Assembly (NCBI GenBank): GCA_033763455.1
Contig: JANRKO010000023.1
Coordinates: forward strand, 32,001 to 96,000
Direction of reading: 5' to 3'
Source of the DNA: Polyangiaceae bacterium
Lineage (GTDB): Bacteria > Myxococcota_A > Polyangia > Polyangiales > Polyangiaceae
Length of the DNA stretch: 64,000 nucleotides
Below the pieces are notes generated by a model that saw only the letters and a program-made list of their open reading frames with translations, was not told the DNA's origin and ran no database searches. Below are positions 19,372 to 29,874 of the stretch, one piece after another. The position numbers and the translations under genes were made by a program. How positions within the stretch are numbered: the stretch's first letter is position 1; every line of letters starts with the position of its first letter.

Positions 19372-22300
19372 GGCTGCACCTGAATTGGCGCAGATGAAAC
19401 TTGCCCAAAGAGATCGTCTAAAGCGCTGACCAGCCGCTCCTCGGGGCGATCGAAGAATACGCCCGTCTTGTTGGCATTGATTGGGCTCATGCCGCGCAAG
19501 AACAAGTAGAACACGCCCCCGAAGTGACGCTCATAGCTATAGCCCCGTAGCTTCTGCCGGAGGTAACGATGCAGCGCCAAGGTGTAGAGGTGGTACTGCA
19601 AGTAGTAGTGGTGATCGGCCATTGCCCCCTTGAGCTCATCGGCGGAATAATCTCGATAACGCGGCCCGAGGTAATTGGACTTGTAATCCGCCACATAGAA
19701 CAAGCCTTCGTGTTCGAACACCAAATCGATAAAGCCCCGCAAGAAGCCTTCGAGCGGCACGAAGTTCAAACGCCCAAGCTCACTCGGGTAATGTTTAGGG
19801 ATGGGAGCATTTTTGCCAGCGCCCAGCTCCAAGACGCTTGCTAGATCACGTGGGGTGAGGCGCCGCTGCCCTTCAGCGTGAACTGGCAACGTAAACTCCA
19901 ATTCGTTCAGGCGCTTCTTTTGGTCAAGCTTTGCCAGCGTAAGTGTATTGGGTGAATCCAGTAGCGGCGTTTGCAGTACTTCAGATAGCCCGCGCCCCAA
20001 AGCCGGCCCCAAGGCGACGGTGGAAAGCCCCGTGAGCTCAAGAAAGGGGGCGGCTACGGCTTGGATCTTGTCTGGGGCAACCTCAGAAAAATCGAGATTC
20101 TCCAGCACCGAATGGAGCAATGTTCCGGGTCGAGCCCCACGGGGAAACTGCTCCAGCGTTACCAAACCACCGGTACCGCTCGCCGAAACGACTGCCGAGG
20201 GCGCCTCACCCTCGTCGTCCCAATCCCGCCCCAGCTCGACCGTAGGCGCCAGGCGCACCGACGCACCCTTCGTGAGCCCCGAGAAGCTGGAGCTCCGAAA
20301 ATGGGAAGCCAACACTCGCGACAACTTTAGAGCCTCACCCGTTTGGCGTGGTGCTTCAAAAGAAACGTAGGGCTCGGCGGGCCCAGGATGTAACTCGGCA
20401 ACGGCAACGCTTCCCCCCGAACGGACACACAGCGCGTTCAACTCTTGCAGCATCTCCTGATCGGTCAAACCTTTGAGCCGAGCCGCCACCGTATCAGGTG
20501 TTGCCAAGAAATCCCCGCGCTGCGAATGCAGAATGTAGCCCAACGCGGAATAACGGAAATCAGTACCCACGGCTCCCCACGCCACGACCACACGGTGCTT
20601 GGCACGAGTGAGCGCCACGTACAGGAGCCTCAAATTCTCAGCTAACTTTTCGCGCTCAGCGAGGGCTTTAACCTCTTCTTTTTCGTCGGTGGCCCGCACG
20701 TCCAGCTTCACTTCTTCTACATTTTCCGGCTCATGATAGATGAGCTGTTGTTCTTCGGTGGCAAACAGGAGCGTGCCGTCCCAAAGATAGGGGCAATAGA
20801 CAATCGGGTATTCGAGCCCTTTGCTCCGATGCACCGTGGTGAGCTGAACTGCCAAAGCGTCGCTTTCAAGCCGAATTTGCTGCGCTTCAGGCGCGATCCC
20901 GTCGCGCGATCCGCGATCGTGGCGCATCTCATCGAACCACTGGAGCACGCCACTCACCCCCAGGTGTTGCGAGCACGCCTGACTATGCAGAAGCTCCCCA
21001 AGGTGCAAAAGATTAGTAAGCCGGCGTTCACCGTCTATCCACGCCAGGATCCGCTCGTGCGCCCGGCACTCGGTGAGAACCTGGCGCAGCATTTGAAACA
21101 CACCTCGCCGTTGCCATGTTTCGTTCCAGCGGTGAAAATCTTCCACCCAGCGTTCCCACCCGGCCTCATCTTGCTCAAGGGCAAAAAGGTCGTCGGCGGT
21201 CTGTCCGAAGAGTGTGGTTGCGAGAGCCACTCTAACCGCACGCTGGCTGTTTGGCTCCGCTACCGCACGCAGCACAAACCCGAGCTCCCGCGCCTCAGGT
21301 GCATCAAACACCGAAGTATCGCCGTGCAGTACGCTCGCCACGCCGAGCGCCCGAAGCTCGGCTTGCACCAATAGCGCCTGACGGTTGGTGCGCGTCAAAA
21401 CCGCGATATCCCCTGGCCGAACTCCGCGCTCCCCAATCTTGGCTCCGCTCTTTAGGCTCGCAGAAATCTCCCGGGCCACGAGCGCCGGAAGCGTTGTTTC
21501 GCTCCAGTGTTTTGAAAGCGCTTGGCCCGGCTTAGCACTCCGCGGATTGAGCACATTTCGCCCCAGAAACTGCAATTCCACCGGTGGCAAGCGCTGCCCA
21601 TTGAGAGTGAGCTTATCCGTAGCACCCGGCCGAGCCGCGACGTGAACGTAACGAATATCTTCAAAGATGAAGGGGTTCTGCACCCCTTCAAACACGGTGT
21701 TCACGGCCTCAACCAGGCTTGGGTCGCTGCGGAAGTTCGTGGCCAACGTGTAGGTGTTGGGCTCCGCATCGCGTGCGGCCTTGAGGTACGCAAAAATGTC
21801 GGCACCACGGAACGCGTAGATGGCCTGCTTTGGGTCTCCAATGAGAAAAAGCGTGCTCTTTGGTCTCTCCTTCGGTTCCCCTGGGGTGTTGGAATAGATG
21901 CGCCGGAAGATCGCGTATTGGGTTGGATCGGTATCCTGAAATTCGTCGATGAGTGCCGCCGGATAACGCTCTTCAATTGAACGCGCCAAGGCAACGCCAG
22001 CATCGCTGGTGACAGCCGCGTGCAGCTGATTCAGAAGATCGTCGAACGATTGAACCCCTGCAAGCTCTTTGCGCTTTGGGAATTCGCTTCGAACGTATTC
22101 GACCAGCTTGGCAACACAGCGGCGGCGCCACTCTTCGAGGGATTGGGCAGCGATCTTGTACGCATCCACTAGCTCTTGAATTGCTCCAAAAGCCGGATTT
22201 TGTGGGGTGATCTTATTCTTGTTGGTCTTCTCTGCGAGAACTCTCGACCCAAAGTTTTCGACTTTGTCGAACCAGCCGTGGAGCGTCACTCGTGTTTCTT

Positions 22301-23093
22301 TGGCTAAGCCGTCTAGCTGTTCGAGCCAAGAACCAATCGAATCTAGTTTATACGTAGTGCGAGAGAGCGCCGTGGTGGTCAAAAGGAGCTGCTCGACCCT
22401 ATCCCGTTCCTGAGCCCACACCTCGGCAAAGCGAGCCCGCGCTGCCACAAACGCCGAGAGGGCATCCGGCGTGCCTCTGCCACTTGGCGCAGGAACCACT
22501 TGGATGTTCGGGAAGCCAGCCACCGTGCGAGCCAACTGGATCAAGTCGAGCAGATCTGTATGACTCTGCTTGAGATATTGGACCTCAGCTTCGCTCGCTT
22601 CGAACAGCTCTCGCGTCCAGAAATCCTGCACCAGCTCCGTAAGCAATGGCCGCACGTCAGCGGAAAGCTTAAGATCAAAACGGAGACCGCTTTCAAACGC
22701 GTATTCTCCGAGCACTCGCTGGCAGAAGCCGTGGATCGTAAACACCTGGGCCGCATCGAGAGTGGCGAGCGCTAACCGAAGGCGCCGCGTGGCATCTTCA
22801 CGTGGAATATCCGCCGCAATTTGCAAGATTTCCGGATCTTCCGCCGATTGCGCGGACTCATCCGCACTCAAGACGTCAAACGCCGAACGCAGGCGTTTGC
22901 GGATCCGTGCACGCAGTTCAAAGGTGGCCGCTTCAGTGAACGTTACTACCAATATCTGTTCAACGGAAAGCTTCCGCTCCAGCAAGAGGCGGAGATAAAG
23001 CGTGGTGATGGTGTGGGTCTTCCCTGTTCCGGCGCTCGCTTCAATGAGCTCTGTCCCAAAGAGGGGCACCTGCAGGGGGTCCAGGACCTTCAT
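19368..23093 (-). CDS. recB: Exodeoxyribonuclease V beta subunit
   Basis: IEASAGTGKT, DEFQDTD, GDPKQAIYAFRGAD, YVALTRA, nuclease GFIDL..DYKSN. Confidence 0.96.
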   Translation of the reverse strand: MKVLDPLQVPLFGTELIEASAGTGKTHTITTLYLRLLLERKLSVEQILVVTFTEAATFELRARIRKRLRSAFDVLSADESAQSAEDPEILQIAADIPREDATRRLRLALATLDAAQVFTIHGFCQRVLGEYAFESGLRFDLKLSADVRPLLTELVQDFWTRELFEASEAEVQYLKQSHTDLLDLIQLARTVAGFPNIQVVPAPSGRGTPDALSAFVAARARFAEVWAQERDRVEQLLLTTTALSRTTYKLDSIGSWLEQLDGLAKETRVTLHGWFDKVENFGSRVLAEKTNKNKITPQNPAFGAIQELVDAYKIAAQSLEEWRRRCVAKLVEYVRSEFPKRKELAGVQSFDDLLNQLHAAVTSDAGVALARSIEERYPAALIDEFQDTDPTQYAIFRRIYSNTPGEPKERPKSTLFLIGDPKQAIYAFRGADIFAYLKAARDAEPNTYTLATNFRSDPSLVEAVNTVFEGVQNPFIFEDIRYVHVAARPGATDKLTLNGQRLPPVELQFLGRNVLNPRSAKPGQALSKHWSETTLPALVAREISASLKSGAKIGERGVRPGDIAVLTRTNRQALLVQAELRALGVASVLHGDTSVFDAPEARELGFVLRAVAEPNSQRAVRVALATTLFGQTADDLFALEQDEAGWERWVEDFHRWNETWQRRGVFQMLRQVLTECRAHERILAWIDGERRLTNLLHLGELLHSQACSQHLGVSGVLQWFDEMRHDRGSRDGIAPEAQQIRLESDALAVQLTTVHRSKGLEYPIVYCPYLWDGTLLFATEEQQLIYHEPENVEEVKLDVRATDEKEEVKALAEREKLAENLRLLYVALTRAKHRVVVAWGAVGTDFRYSALGYILHSQRGDFLATPDTVAARLKGLTDQEMLQELNALCVRSGGSVAVAELHPGPAEPYVSFEAPRQTGEALKLSRVLASHFRSSSFSGLTKGASVRLAPTVELGRDWDDEGEAPSAVVSASGTGGLVTLEQFPRGARPGTLLHSVLENLDFSEVAPDKIQAVAAPFLELTGLSTVALGPALGRGLSEVLQTPLLDSPNTLTLAKLDQKKRLNELEFTLPVHAEGQRRLTPRDLASVLELGAGKNAPIPKHYPSELGRLNFVPLEGFLRGFIDLVFEHEGLFYVADYKSNYLGPRYRDYSADELKGAMADHHYYLQYHLYTLALHRYLRQKLRGYSYERHFGGVFYLFLRGMSPINANKTGVFFDRPEERLVSALDDLFGQVSSAPIQVQP

Positions 23094-26000
23094 GAGTTGT
23101 CACCTTCCAGATGCTCCAAGAGGGGCTCAAAGATGCGGGTGCTCAAGTCAACGAACCCCGGAGCGTGAGCGAGAGCTAGCACTGGTGTGAGCTCTTCTGA
23201 AATCGGCTCGACCGCAGAGAAGCAACAATTCACATAGAGGTTGTCACGCTCCGCGGCTCCCCGATCCGCGCGATCTACGCCGAACCCTTTGCCGCTAAAA
23301 ACATCGCGGGCCGCATCCAGCGCTAAAGAAGCCGCGTGTTCCTGACCGGCCCTCTTATGGTACGTCGTTACGTACGCCTTCGACGCGTCGGGAAAGAACG
23401 GCAGCGGCACCTGCTGCCCGAGCCGATACAAGCTCACCAAATCCTCAAGAACTGCCCGGGCTCTTTCAGGCCTAACTGGCCGAAAAACGCACACTTTTGG
23501 CATATTGGACTTCGCATCGCCCCGGCCAATCAAGACACTCTGCCGCGGCAGCTTGCCCGCCTCTGCGCACTGGAGCGCCAGGTGCCAAATCCAAACTCCC
23601 AACTCACGCTTTGCTTTCACGCGCCCAAACTGCCGCCTCACCTGTGCCTTCGGCCAAAGATTAGTAAAGGCCCCGTCGAGCTCACACCCTGAAAGTGCTA
23701 GCGAGAATCGCTGTGGTTCCAGGCGCTCGCCAGAAAGCCAGGGTAACGCTGCCCGAGCCAGTTGCTCCGCTTCGTCGGCGACACGTTGATACACGCAGCG
23801 CCCGGGAGTACCGAGCGGCAGAGTTCCCATTGCGCGAGCAAGCAAGAGCGAATCTTCCAAGCTTGCGCCCCCTAAAAGGCGTTCCAAAAGATCAGCACCG
23901 ATGCCCCAACGGTCGAGTGCGCTTGGATCGATCGGTTCGCGATCAGCGACTAACTCTGGCTCATCTCTCAGCGACAAACTCAAGCGGCCCGTCAGAAACG
24001 CACGCGCCGGCAACTCAAAAAATGAGGCCAACTTCTCCACCGAAAGCCTCGCCTCAAAGACTTCGGGCAATGGCCGCACCTGAAATAGGGGACGATCCGC
24101 CCTGCTGCCTGCCAGAGCCCTGGCACCTTTGGCTTCAGGCTCGGCGTAGCTGAACCAGCGCGCATCCCGACCGTGTTCGAAATACCGGGGGCTAAACGCT
24201 TGTAACGGATGCTCCAGGAGAAATTGCTCACTCACCGGCGTGGCCTTCTGCGGTCGCTCGGCGCCGTTTTGGGGTGCCTGCTGAGAAACACAGAAGCTCT
24301 CGTTGAGCGTGTCGAGGAGCTCGCCCACCACCACCGACGGTGGGCGCTCTTTGTTGTCATGCGGATCTCGCCCCACGTAGGTGATGATCAACGCATCTCG
24401 CGCAGCCAACACGGCTTCCAAGAACAAGTAGCGATCTTCATCGCTGAGCGAGCGATCTCCGAGGCGTGGCTTTTGCGCAATCTTATCGAACGCGAGCTTG
24501 GGCGTTGACCGAGGAAAGCCTCCATCGTTCATGCCCAAAAGGCCCACCACGCGAAAAGGGATGCTGCGCATGGGCAAGAGCGCGCAAAAAGTGACCCCAC
24601 CGGTCATGAAATCGTGATGGGTGCGCTCATCTTCGAACGAGCGACGAAGCACCAACTCCATCGTTCTGAGATCTAGCTGCTCTGAAAACCGAGCTTTTTC
24701 GGCCAAGTTCACCAACTTGCCGATCGTTTCGCGCACGAAAACGAAATCCGCTTCCAGGGCCGCCTCACCCCCCAGCACTTCATCCAACAGTCGCCCGAAC
24801 GCTACCTGCCATTGGCGAGCCGTTTTGGGGCGTTGAAAGTTAGACCGAAACTCAAAGAGCTTTTGACAGAAATTCGCCAGCTGCCCAAGGACGACTGCAC
24901 CTGAACCTTCGACGCCATCCACGGGCAAGACGCCCTCAAAGAGGGAGTTAGCCTGAACGGGCATTGCCCAGCCCAAAAGCAGGCGCAAAAGCCCCAATTC
25001 CCACGTATTTTCTGGCACCTCGGGCTGCAAGAGCTCGCCCCTGTGCGCTTCATTTTCGCCCCAGCGGATACCGGAACGGAACACCCAGTGCCGGATCTGA
25101 CTGAGATCTGCACCCGAGAGGCTGAGCCTGGATTGCACCAATGGCAACCCTAACAAATCCAACACCTCACTGGCCTTCAGCCGGCCGCTCAAGAGACTGA
25201 CCACCGCTACAAAGGCTTCGGCGGCTGCGCTCGAAGCTCGAAGGCTGCGATCGGCGATGCGATACGGAATATGCCCGAGCGAGCCGGGCTCACGATCGAA
25301 TACAGCATCCAGAATGGGCGCATAAGCCTCAACATCCGGCATCATCACGATGACGTCGTGTGGCAAAAGCGTTGGGTCAGCTTCGAACCGTGCGAGCAGC
25401 TGATCCCGAAGGACTTCTACTTCACGAATCGGGCCGTGGCAGGCGTGCACCGTAATGCTGGTGTCTTTCGGATCGACGGGCGCTGGAGCAGCTTGATCGC
25501 TTCTGGGCGCTCGATGCACCAGATGCAGAATATCGTGCTGCAAGAGGCCGAGCGCGGTATCCTTACGCGGCTCCACGTAGAGATCGCTTCCGCTCTCCAC
25601 GTAGTCCACTCGGCTCTCCAACACCTGCTGAAAATCTCGACCCAAACGCCCCAACGACGCGAGGAGCGGATTTTCCAGGGTGAAGTGCTGCGCCTGCCAA
25701 TCCGCTTCAGATGGCTGCAGCCTCGCTAACTCCTTGGGCGAACGAACATGCCCCAAATATTCACGCGATGGGCTCAACTGAAATAAATGCACCGGGCAAT
25801 GTTTGGATAAGCTCCGGAGCACATCCAGATAGATCGGAGGGAGCGAAGAGATGCCAAATACACTGATACGCTCCGGGAGCCCCGCGGGCGCCAGCCGCGC
25901 ACGCTCCATGGCTTGCACGAGCTCTTCAACGTGAGTTGGCGCAACCCCTTCCCCGTGCACCGCCAAAAGCTTCTGCCACAACTCCGCTTGCCAACCATCC

Positions 26001-26491
26001 TCTTCGCCTTTGGCGAAAGCGCGAATCAACTCGGGGCGATAAACCGCGTATTGGTCGAAGATCTGGGCGATTTTATCGGAGAGCTCGAGGCGCCGGGAGA
26101 GTGCGTGGTCTCCCTGGATATAGCGGGCAAGTTCTGAAAATTTCGGATTCTCCAAGAGCTCAGGCAAAATGGCCGCTATCGACCAAGCGAGCGCCGGGCG
26201 ACTGAAGGGCTCCGCGACTCGACCCTCCGGACTCACTCCGGCCTGGCTGTTGACGCTGGGGACGAAAAGGCCGGAAAGCTGCGCCACGCAGGCCTTCGGG
26301 AATGGGAAAGCCACATTCGCCCAAACGCCAAGCTTCTGAGCCAGAAACATAGAGAGCCAACGCTCCATGCCTTTGCTTTGCACCAGGATCGTTTCCCGCT
26401 CAAAGGGCGTGCTCAACGGCTGACTCACTACCGCCAAGAGCGCTTCGGCGAGCACCTCCACCCGGTTACTGCGATGCACCGAAATGGGCAC
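23090..26491 (-). CDS. recC: Exodeoxyribonuclease V gamma subunit
   Basis: SNRVEVLA, VQSKGMERWL, FDQYAVYRP, CHGPIREVEVL, PMRSIPF, DRYLFLEA; ATGA-type overlaps join recC-recB-recD. Confidence 0.95.
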   Translation of the reverse strand: MPISVHRSNRVEVLAEALLAVVSQPLSTPFERETILVQSKGMERWLSMFLAQKLGVWANVAFPFPKACVAQLSGLFVPSVNSQAGVSPEGRVAEPFSRPALAWSIAAILPELLENPKFSELARYIQGDHALSRRLELSDKIAQIFDQYAVYRPELIRAFAKGEEDGWQAELWQKLLAVHGEGVAPTHVEELVQAMERARLAPAGLPERISVFGISSLPPIYLDVLRSLSKHCPVHLFQLSPSREYLGHVRSPKELARLQPSEADWQAQHFTLENPLLASLGRLGRDFQQVLESRVDYVESGSDLYVEPRKDTALGLLQHDILHLVHRAPRSDQAAPAPVDPKDTSITVHACHGPIREVEVLRDQLLARFEADPTLLPHDVIVMMPDVEAYAPILDAVFDREPGSLGHIPYRIADRSLRASSAAAEAFVAVVSLLSGRLKASEVLDLLGLPLVQSRLSLSGADLSQIRHWVFRSGIRWGENEAHRGELLQPEVPENTWELGLLRLLLGWAMPVQANSLFEGVLPVDGVEGSGAVVLGQLANFCQKLFEFRSNFQRPKTARQWQVAFGRLLDEVLGGEAALEADFVFVRETIGKLVNLAEKARFSEQLDLRTMELVLRRSFEDERTHHDFMTGGVTFCALLPMRSIPFRVVGLLGMNDGGFPRSTPKLAFDKIAQKPRLGDRSLSDEDRYLFLEAVLAARDALIITYVGRDPHDNKERPPSVVVGELLDTLNESFCVSQQAPQNGAERPQKATPVSEQFLLEHPLQAFSPRYFEHGRDARWFSYAEPEAKGARALAGSRADRPLFQVRPLPEVFEARLSVEKLASFFELPARAFLTGRLSLSLRDEPELVADREPIDPSALDRWGIGADLLERLLGGASLEDSLLLARAMGTLPLGTPGRCVYQRVADEAEQLARAALPWLSGERLEPQRFSLALSGCELDGAFTNLWPKAQVRRQFGRVKAKRELGVWIWHLALQCAEAGKLPRQSVLIGRGDAKSNMPKVCVFRPVRPERARAVLEDLVSLYRLGQQVPLPFFPDASKAYVTTYHKRAGQEHAASLALDAARDVFSGKGFGVDRADRGAAERDNLYVNCCFSAVEPISEELTPVLALAHAPGFVDLSTRIFEPLLEHLEGDNS

Positions 26492-26612
26492 GGCACGGTG
26501 TTACGCCGAGCAATGATGTCAATCAAGGCTTGCGCGCCGGTGGCGTGACAGAAAAGGTCCGCCTCCGGGCACACCCTTCACCGTGCAACCCGTATCTTGC
26601 TAAAAGCGACGC

Positions 26613-27728
26613 ATGCTTCCCTCCCGCACGGAAACCTTGGCGGCCGAACTCCTGCACTACTTTGGCAGGAGCCTCATGCCCGGGGAGTCGGTGATTCCGG
26701 CCATCGCCCCCACCGCCGTGTTCCACTTGCCCGGTGACCCCGCTGACGCACCCTATCAGTACGGGCGTTTCAGCAATCCCACGTGGGAAGCGCTGGAAGG
26801 CGCGCTGGGGCTGCTTGAAGGCGCCGAGACACTGGTATTCCCCTCGGGCATGGCTGCGATTGCGGCTGTGCTTTTTTCGCACTTAGCAGCGGGAGACCGC
26901 GTGCTTATTCCCTCCGATGGCTACTACACAACGCGTGTATTGGGAGAAAAGTACCTCCAAGCGTTAGGCGTTAATATCGAGACGCGCCCTACGGCGCAAT
27001 TTCTAAACGGTGGATTCGAAGGCTTTCGCTTCGTGCTCCTGGAAACACCCTCGAACCCTGGGCTCGATGTGTGCGACCTTCGAAGCGCCGCAGCCCTCGC
27101 CAAGCAAGCCGGAGCACTGTTTGTGGTGGACAACACCACAATGACACCGCTTGGTCAGCGCCCACTTGAGCACGGAGCGGACGCGGTAGTATGTGCGGAT
27201 ACCAAGGCTATCAATGGCCATTCGGATGCACTTTTGGGGCACGTCGCATCGCGGGATCAGGCGCTGCTCACCAAAGTACGCGATTGGCGGCGGTACGCGG
27301 GCGCTATTGCGTCACCGTTTGAGGCTTGGCTCGTTTTCCGCGGGCTAGAAACCCTGGAATTGCGCTTTAGCCGCATGTGTTCAACAGCGGCGATAGTCGC
27401 AGAACGTTTGGCCGCTCACCCAGCAGTGCAAAGCGTGCGTTACCCCGGGCTTCGCTCCGATCCGTCGCATTCCATCGCCGCTTCACAAATGGCTACGTTT
27501 GGGTCAATGATTTCTCTTACCCTGCAGGACAGCGCAGCGGCAGAAGCCTTCATGGCAAACTGCCGCTACCTGCAACCATCAACCAGCTTTGGAGGAGTTC
27601 GCACTTGTGCTGAACGTCGCGCCCGCTGGGGAGATGCTGTGCCGGAAGGGTTTGTGAGGCTCTCGATCGGAGTGGAACCGATCGAAGCCTTGTGGGACGC
27701 GTTGGACGAGGCGCTGAGCCAGGCTTAA
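26613..27728 (+). CDS. PLP-dependent transsulfuration enzyme (cystathionine gamma-lyase/synthase family)
   Basis: YGRFSNPT, SGMAAI, ETPSNP, VDNT, TKAINGHSD, SFGG, RLSIGVE. Confidence 0.9.
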   Translation: MLPSRTETLAAELLHYFGRSLMPGESVIPAIAPTAVFHLPGDPADAPYQYGRFSNPTWEALEGALGLLEGAETLVFPSGMAAIAAVLFSHLAAGDRVLIPSDGYYTTRVLGEKYLQALGVNIETRPTAQFLNGGFEGFRFVLLETPSNPGLDVCDLRSAAALAKQAGALFVVDNTTMTPLGQRPLEHGADAVVCADTKAINGHSDALLGHVASRDQALLTKVRDWRRYAGAIASPFEAWLVFRGLETLELRFSRMCSTAAIVAERLAAHPAVQSVRYPGLRSDPSHSIAASQMATFGSMISLTLQDSAAAEAFMANCRYLQPSTSFGGVRTCAERRARWGDAVPEGFVRLSIGVEPIEALWDALDEALSQA

Positions 27729-27794
27729 GCTGTCACTTGGCGAGCAGCAAGCGCTGTTTGCCTGTAAGTGCCTGAAACGTTGTGGCAACGTGCC

Positions 27795-28910
27795 TTACTG
27801 AGGTGAAGCTGCGGGGCCGCCCTCTTCAACACCTGAAGCCCCACCTAACCCGCTGCCCACTCCGGCCGCAGGTGGATCAATGGTACTCGGCAAACTCGGT
27901 ACTTCCCGCAGGGCGAAGGCCAGTGGGTCCTGAAAGGACGCTATGATCGCGGGAGTAGAAAGCGACAGCAGATCGATTTTTTCCGCGCTGGCCATCTGCA
28001 ATCTTATTCGATGCCCCGTCTTCCATCGCCATTCAAGCCGCGCCTCGGCCTTGCCTTGGCCCAAGCACACCAAAAATGCAGTCGCGCTCGTGCAGACCGA
28101 CGGCACCTCGTAGCGCGAAAGAATGGGCGAGCCAAAACGCTCTGAAATCGCGCGGCGATAGTCGCGAAAAGCGTGCTCCCAAAGCTTGGCGTCGTTGGCT
28201 GCCGGGCGTGCCATGAACACCACTTCGCAGAGCCCTTTGTTGCCGCAAAACGTGAGATAGGTAGCGGCCTCACCACGCACAAATCGGCCCGAGCAGCGCC
28301 AGCGCTGAAGCCCTTCATCCGCAACGTTCGGCTCCTCGCTAAACTCAAAGCCAGACCCAACGCAGACCTTTTCGGCTTGGCTCACGTCCGCCCCGAAGCG
28401 AAACCCCCCAGCGCCGTCAGGCGGCGGCTTCTTGTCAACGGCATCTTCTTGCCACGGCGGCTGAACCACCGTTTCGGAGGGCCACTCCGACCGACGCACT
28501 TGGGTGACCCATTTGGCTTCTCTAGGCTCCGCGGAAGCTGCTCCCCTTGCAGCTGAAGCTTTGCGCAACTTCCGGCACATACTCGCAGTTTCAAAACCGT
28601 AAGCTGCGGAGAACCCGAAAGCGGTAGCTAGCCCCGCGTCTGCAAGAGCCAGCGCGGTCTGGTCGTCGCCGTACATTTCCGGAGAAGCTAGAGCGGTAAA
28701 CGCTCCGATTACCCCCAGCGCGGTCCAGACCGCGTCGAACACGGGCGCAACGCGACGCTCCGAACACGGGGTTGTTGCACCGTGGTCGGGACGCTCCATA
28801 AATGTCCACGAACAACCAGCGCTTGTGACTACCAGGGGCACCAACACGCTCAGCACAGGCTTGCTCCGCCATCGCGCAGGACGCCCGCAAGCTTGATTCA
28901 CCATAACCAC
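27795..28910 (-). CDS. Hypothetical (lipo)protein with N-terminal hydrophobic hairpin
   Basis: Hydrophobic leader ending SAGC, two further hydrophobic segments and a Cys-containing C-terminal domain; start uncertain. Confidence 0.55.
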   Translation of the reverse strand: MVMVNQACGRPARWRSKPVLSVLVPLVVTSAGCSWTFMERPDHGATTPCSERRVAPVFDAVWTALGVIGAFTALASPEMYGDDQTALALADAGLATAFGFSAAYGFETASMCRKLRKASAARGAASAEPREAKWVTQVRRSEWPSETVVQPPWQEDAVDKKPPPDGAGGFRFGADVSQAEKVCVGSGFEFSEEPNVADEGLQRWRCSGRFVRGEAATYLTFCGNKGLCEVVFMARPAANDAKLWEHAFRDYRRAISERFGSPILSRYEVPSVCTSATAFLVCLGQGKAEARLEWRWKTGHRIRLQMASAEKIDLLSLSTPAIIASFQDPLAFALREVPSLPSTIDPPAAGVGSGLGGASGVEEGGPAASPQ

Positions 28911-29100
28911 ACCACCGAAGTACCGATGAGCAGATCATTGTTTCGCGCTTGGAGCAAGCTTCCCGTGCGTGGGGCGAGAGTCCTTCAGCGATCGACGGCC
29001 CTTCAACGATCAACTCAGTGGGCCTAGGGAAATCCCTCGCCCGCGTTCGCGCAAAGGCCGGCAATTGGCATCCGGGGCCTAGAGCCGCTACGACGCTCAC

Positions 29101-29874
29101 ATGCAGCCCGTAGTCGTTGTGGGTCCAGGAGAGATTGGTAGAACATTTGCCTCGGGCTGGCTTCGGCTGGGTTACCCCGTGTTTCCGGTCATTCGGGGGC
29201 AATCCTTGGCGGATGCTGCGCAAGCAGTTGAGTCGCCCGCGCTGGTTCTAGTTTCCGTTGGCGAGTTAGAGCTTGCTGCGACGCTTGAGAATCTGCCAAT
29301 GCCTTGGCGAGATCGCGTAGCGCTCGTACAGAATGAATTGGTGCCCAGCATCTGGGAGGCCCACGCCATCTCCCCTTCGGTTAGCATTGTGTGGTTCGAA
29401 AAGCGGGCTGGCCAAGCCCCTCGAGTACTCCTGCCTTCAGTGAACTTTGGGCCAAAAGAGCAACTGCTTGGCGAAGCGCTAGGAGCCCTTAGCATTGCAA
29501 GCAGGCCTATCTATGAGCAGAGCGAACTCAGCTATGAGCTCGCAAAAAAGAACCTGTATATTCTCACGTTGAATCTCGCAGGCCTCCGCACTCAGGGCAA
29601 TGCGGGTCACCTGCTCTCACTGCACCACAGCCTCTTTCGCACTGTGGCCAAGGAAGTGATTCAGTTGCAGTCGGCTTTGATGTCTCAGCCTTTACCCGAG
29701 GCGCAGCTCATCGGGGATCTCGAAAGCGCCATCCTCGCGGATCCTGAACACGGGTGTTTGGGTCGTACCGCACGTGAGCGGCTTGCACGCGCACTCAGAA
29801 ACGCACAAGTACACGGACTCACGCTGCCAACGCTTGAAAGCCTGGGTGTCGAATTTCTTAGCGCTCAACCTTGA
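29101..29874 (+). CDS. Rossmann-fold hypothetical protein (ketopantoate-reductase-like fold)
   Basis: N-terminal VVVGPGEIG dinucleotide motif, LVQNEL and KNLYILTLN. Confidence 0.6.
   Translation: MQPVVVVGPGEIGRTFASGWLRLGYPVFPVIRGQSLADAAQAVESPALVLVSVGELELAATLENLPMPWRDRVALVQNELVPSIWEAHAISPSVSIVWFEKRAGQAPRVLLPSVNFGPKEQLLGEALGALSIASRPIYEQSELSYELAKKNLYILTLNLAGLRTQGNAGHLLSLHHSLFRTVAKEVIQLQSALMSQPLPEAQLIGDLESAILADPEHGCLGRTARERLARALRNAQVHGLTLPTLESLGVEFLSAQP

Noticed and set aside
26492..26612. SahR box upstream of the cystathionine lyase gene
   Set aside because: No ATC-N10-GAT dyad found in the intergenic region.
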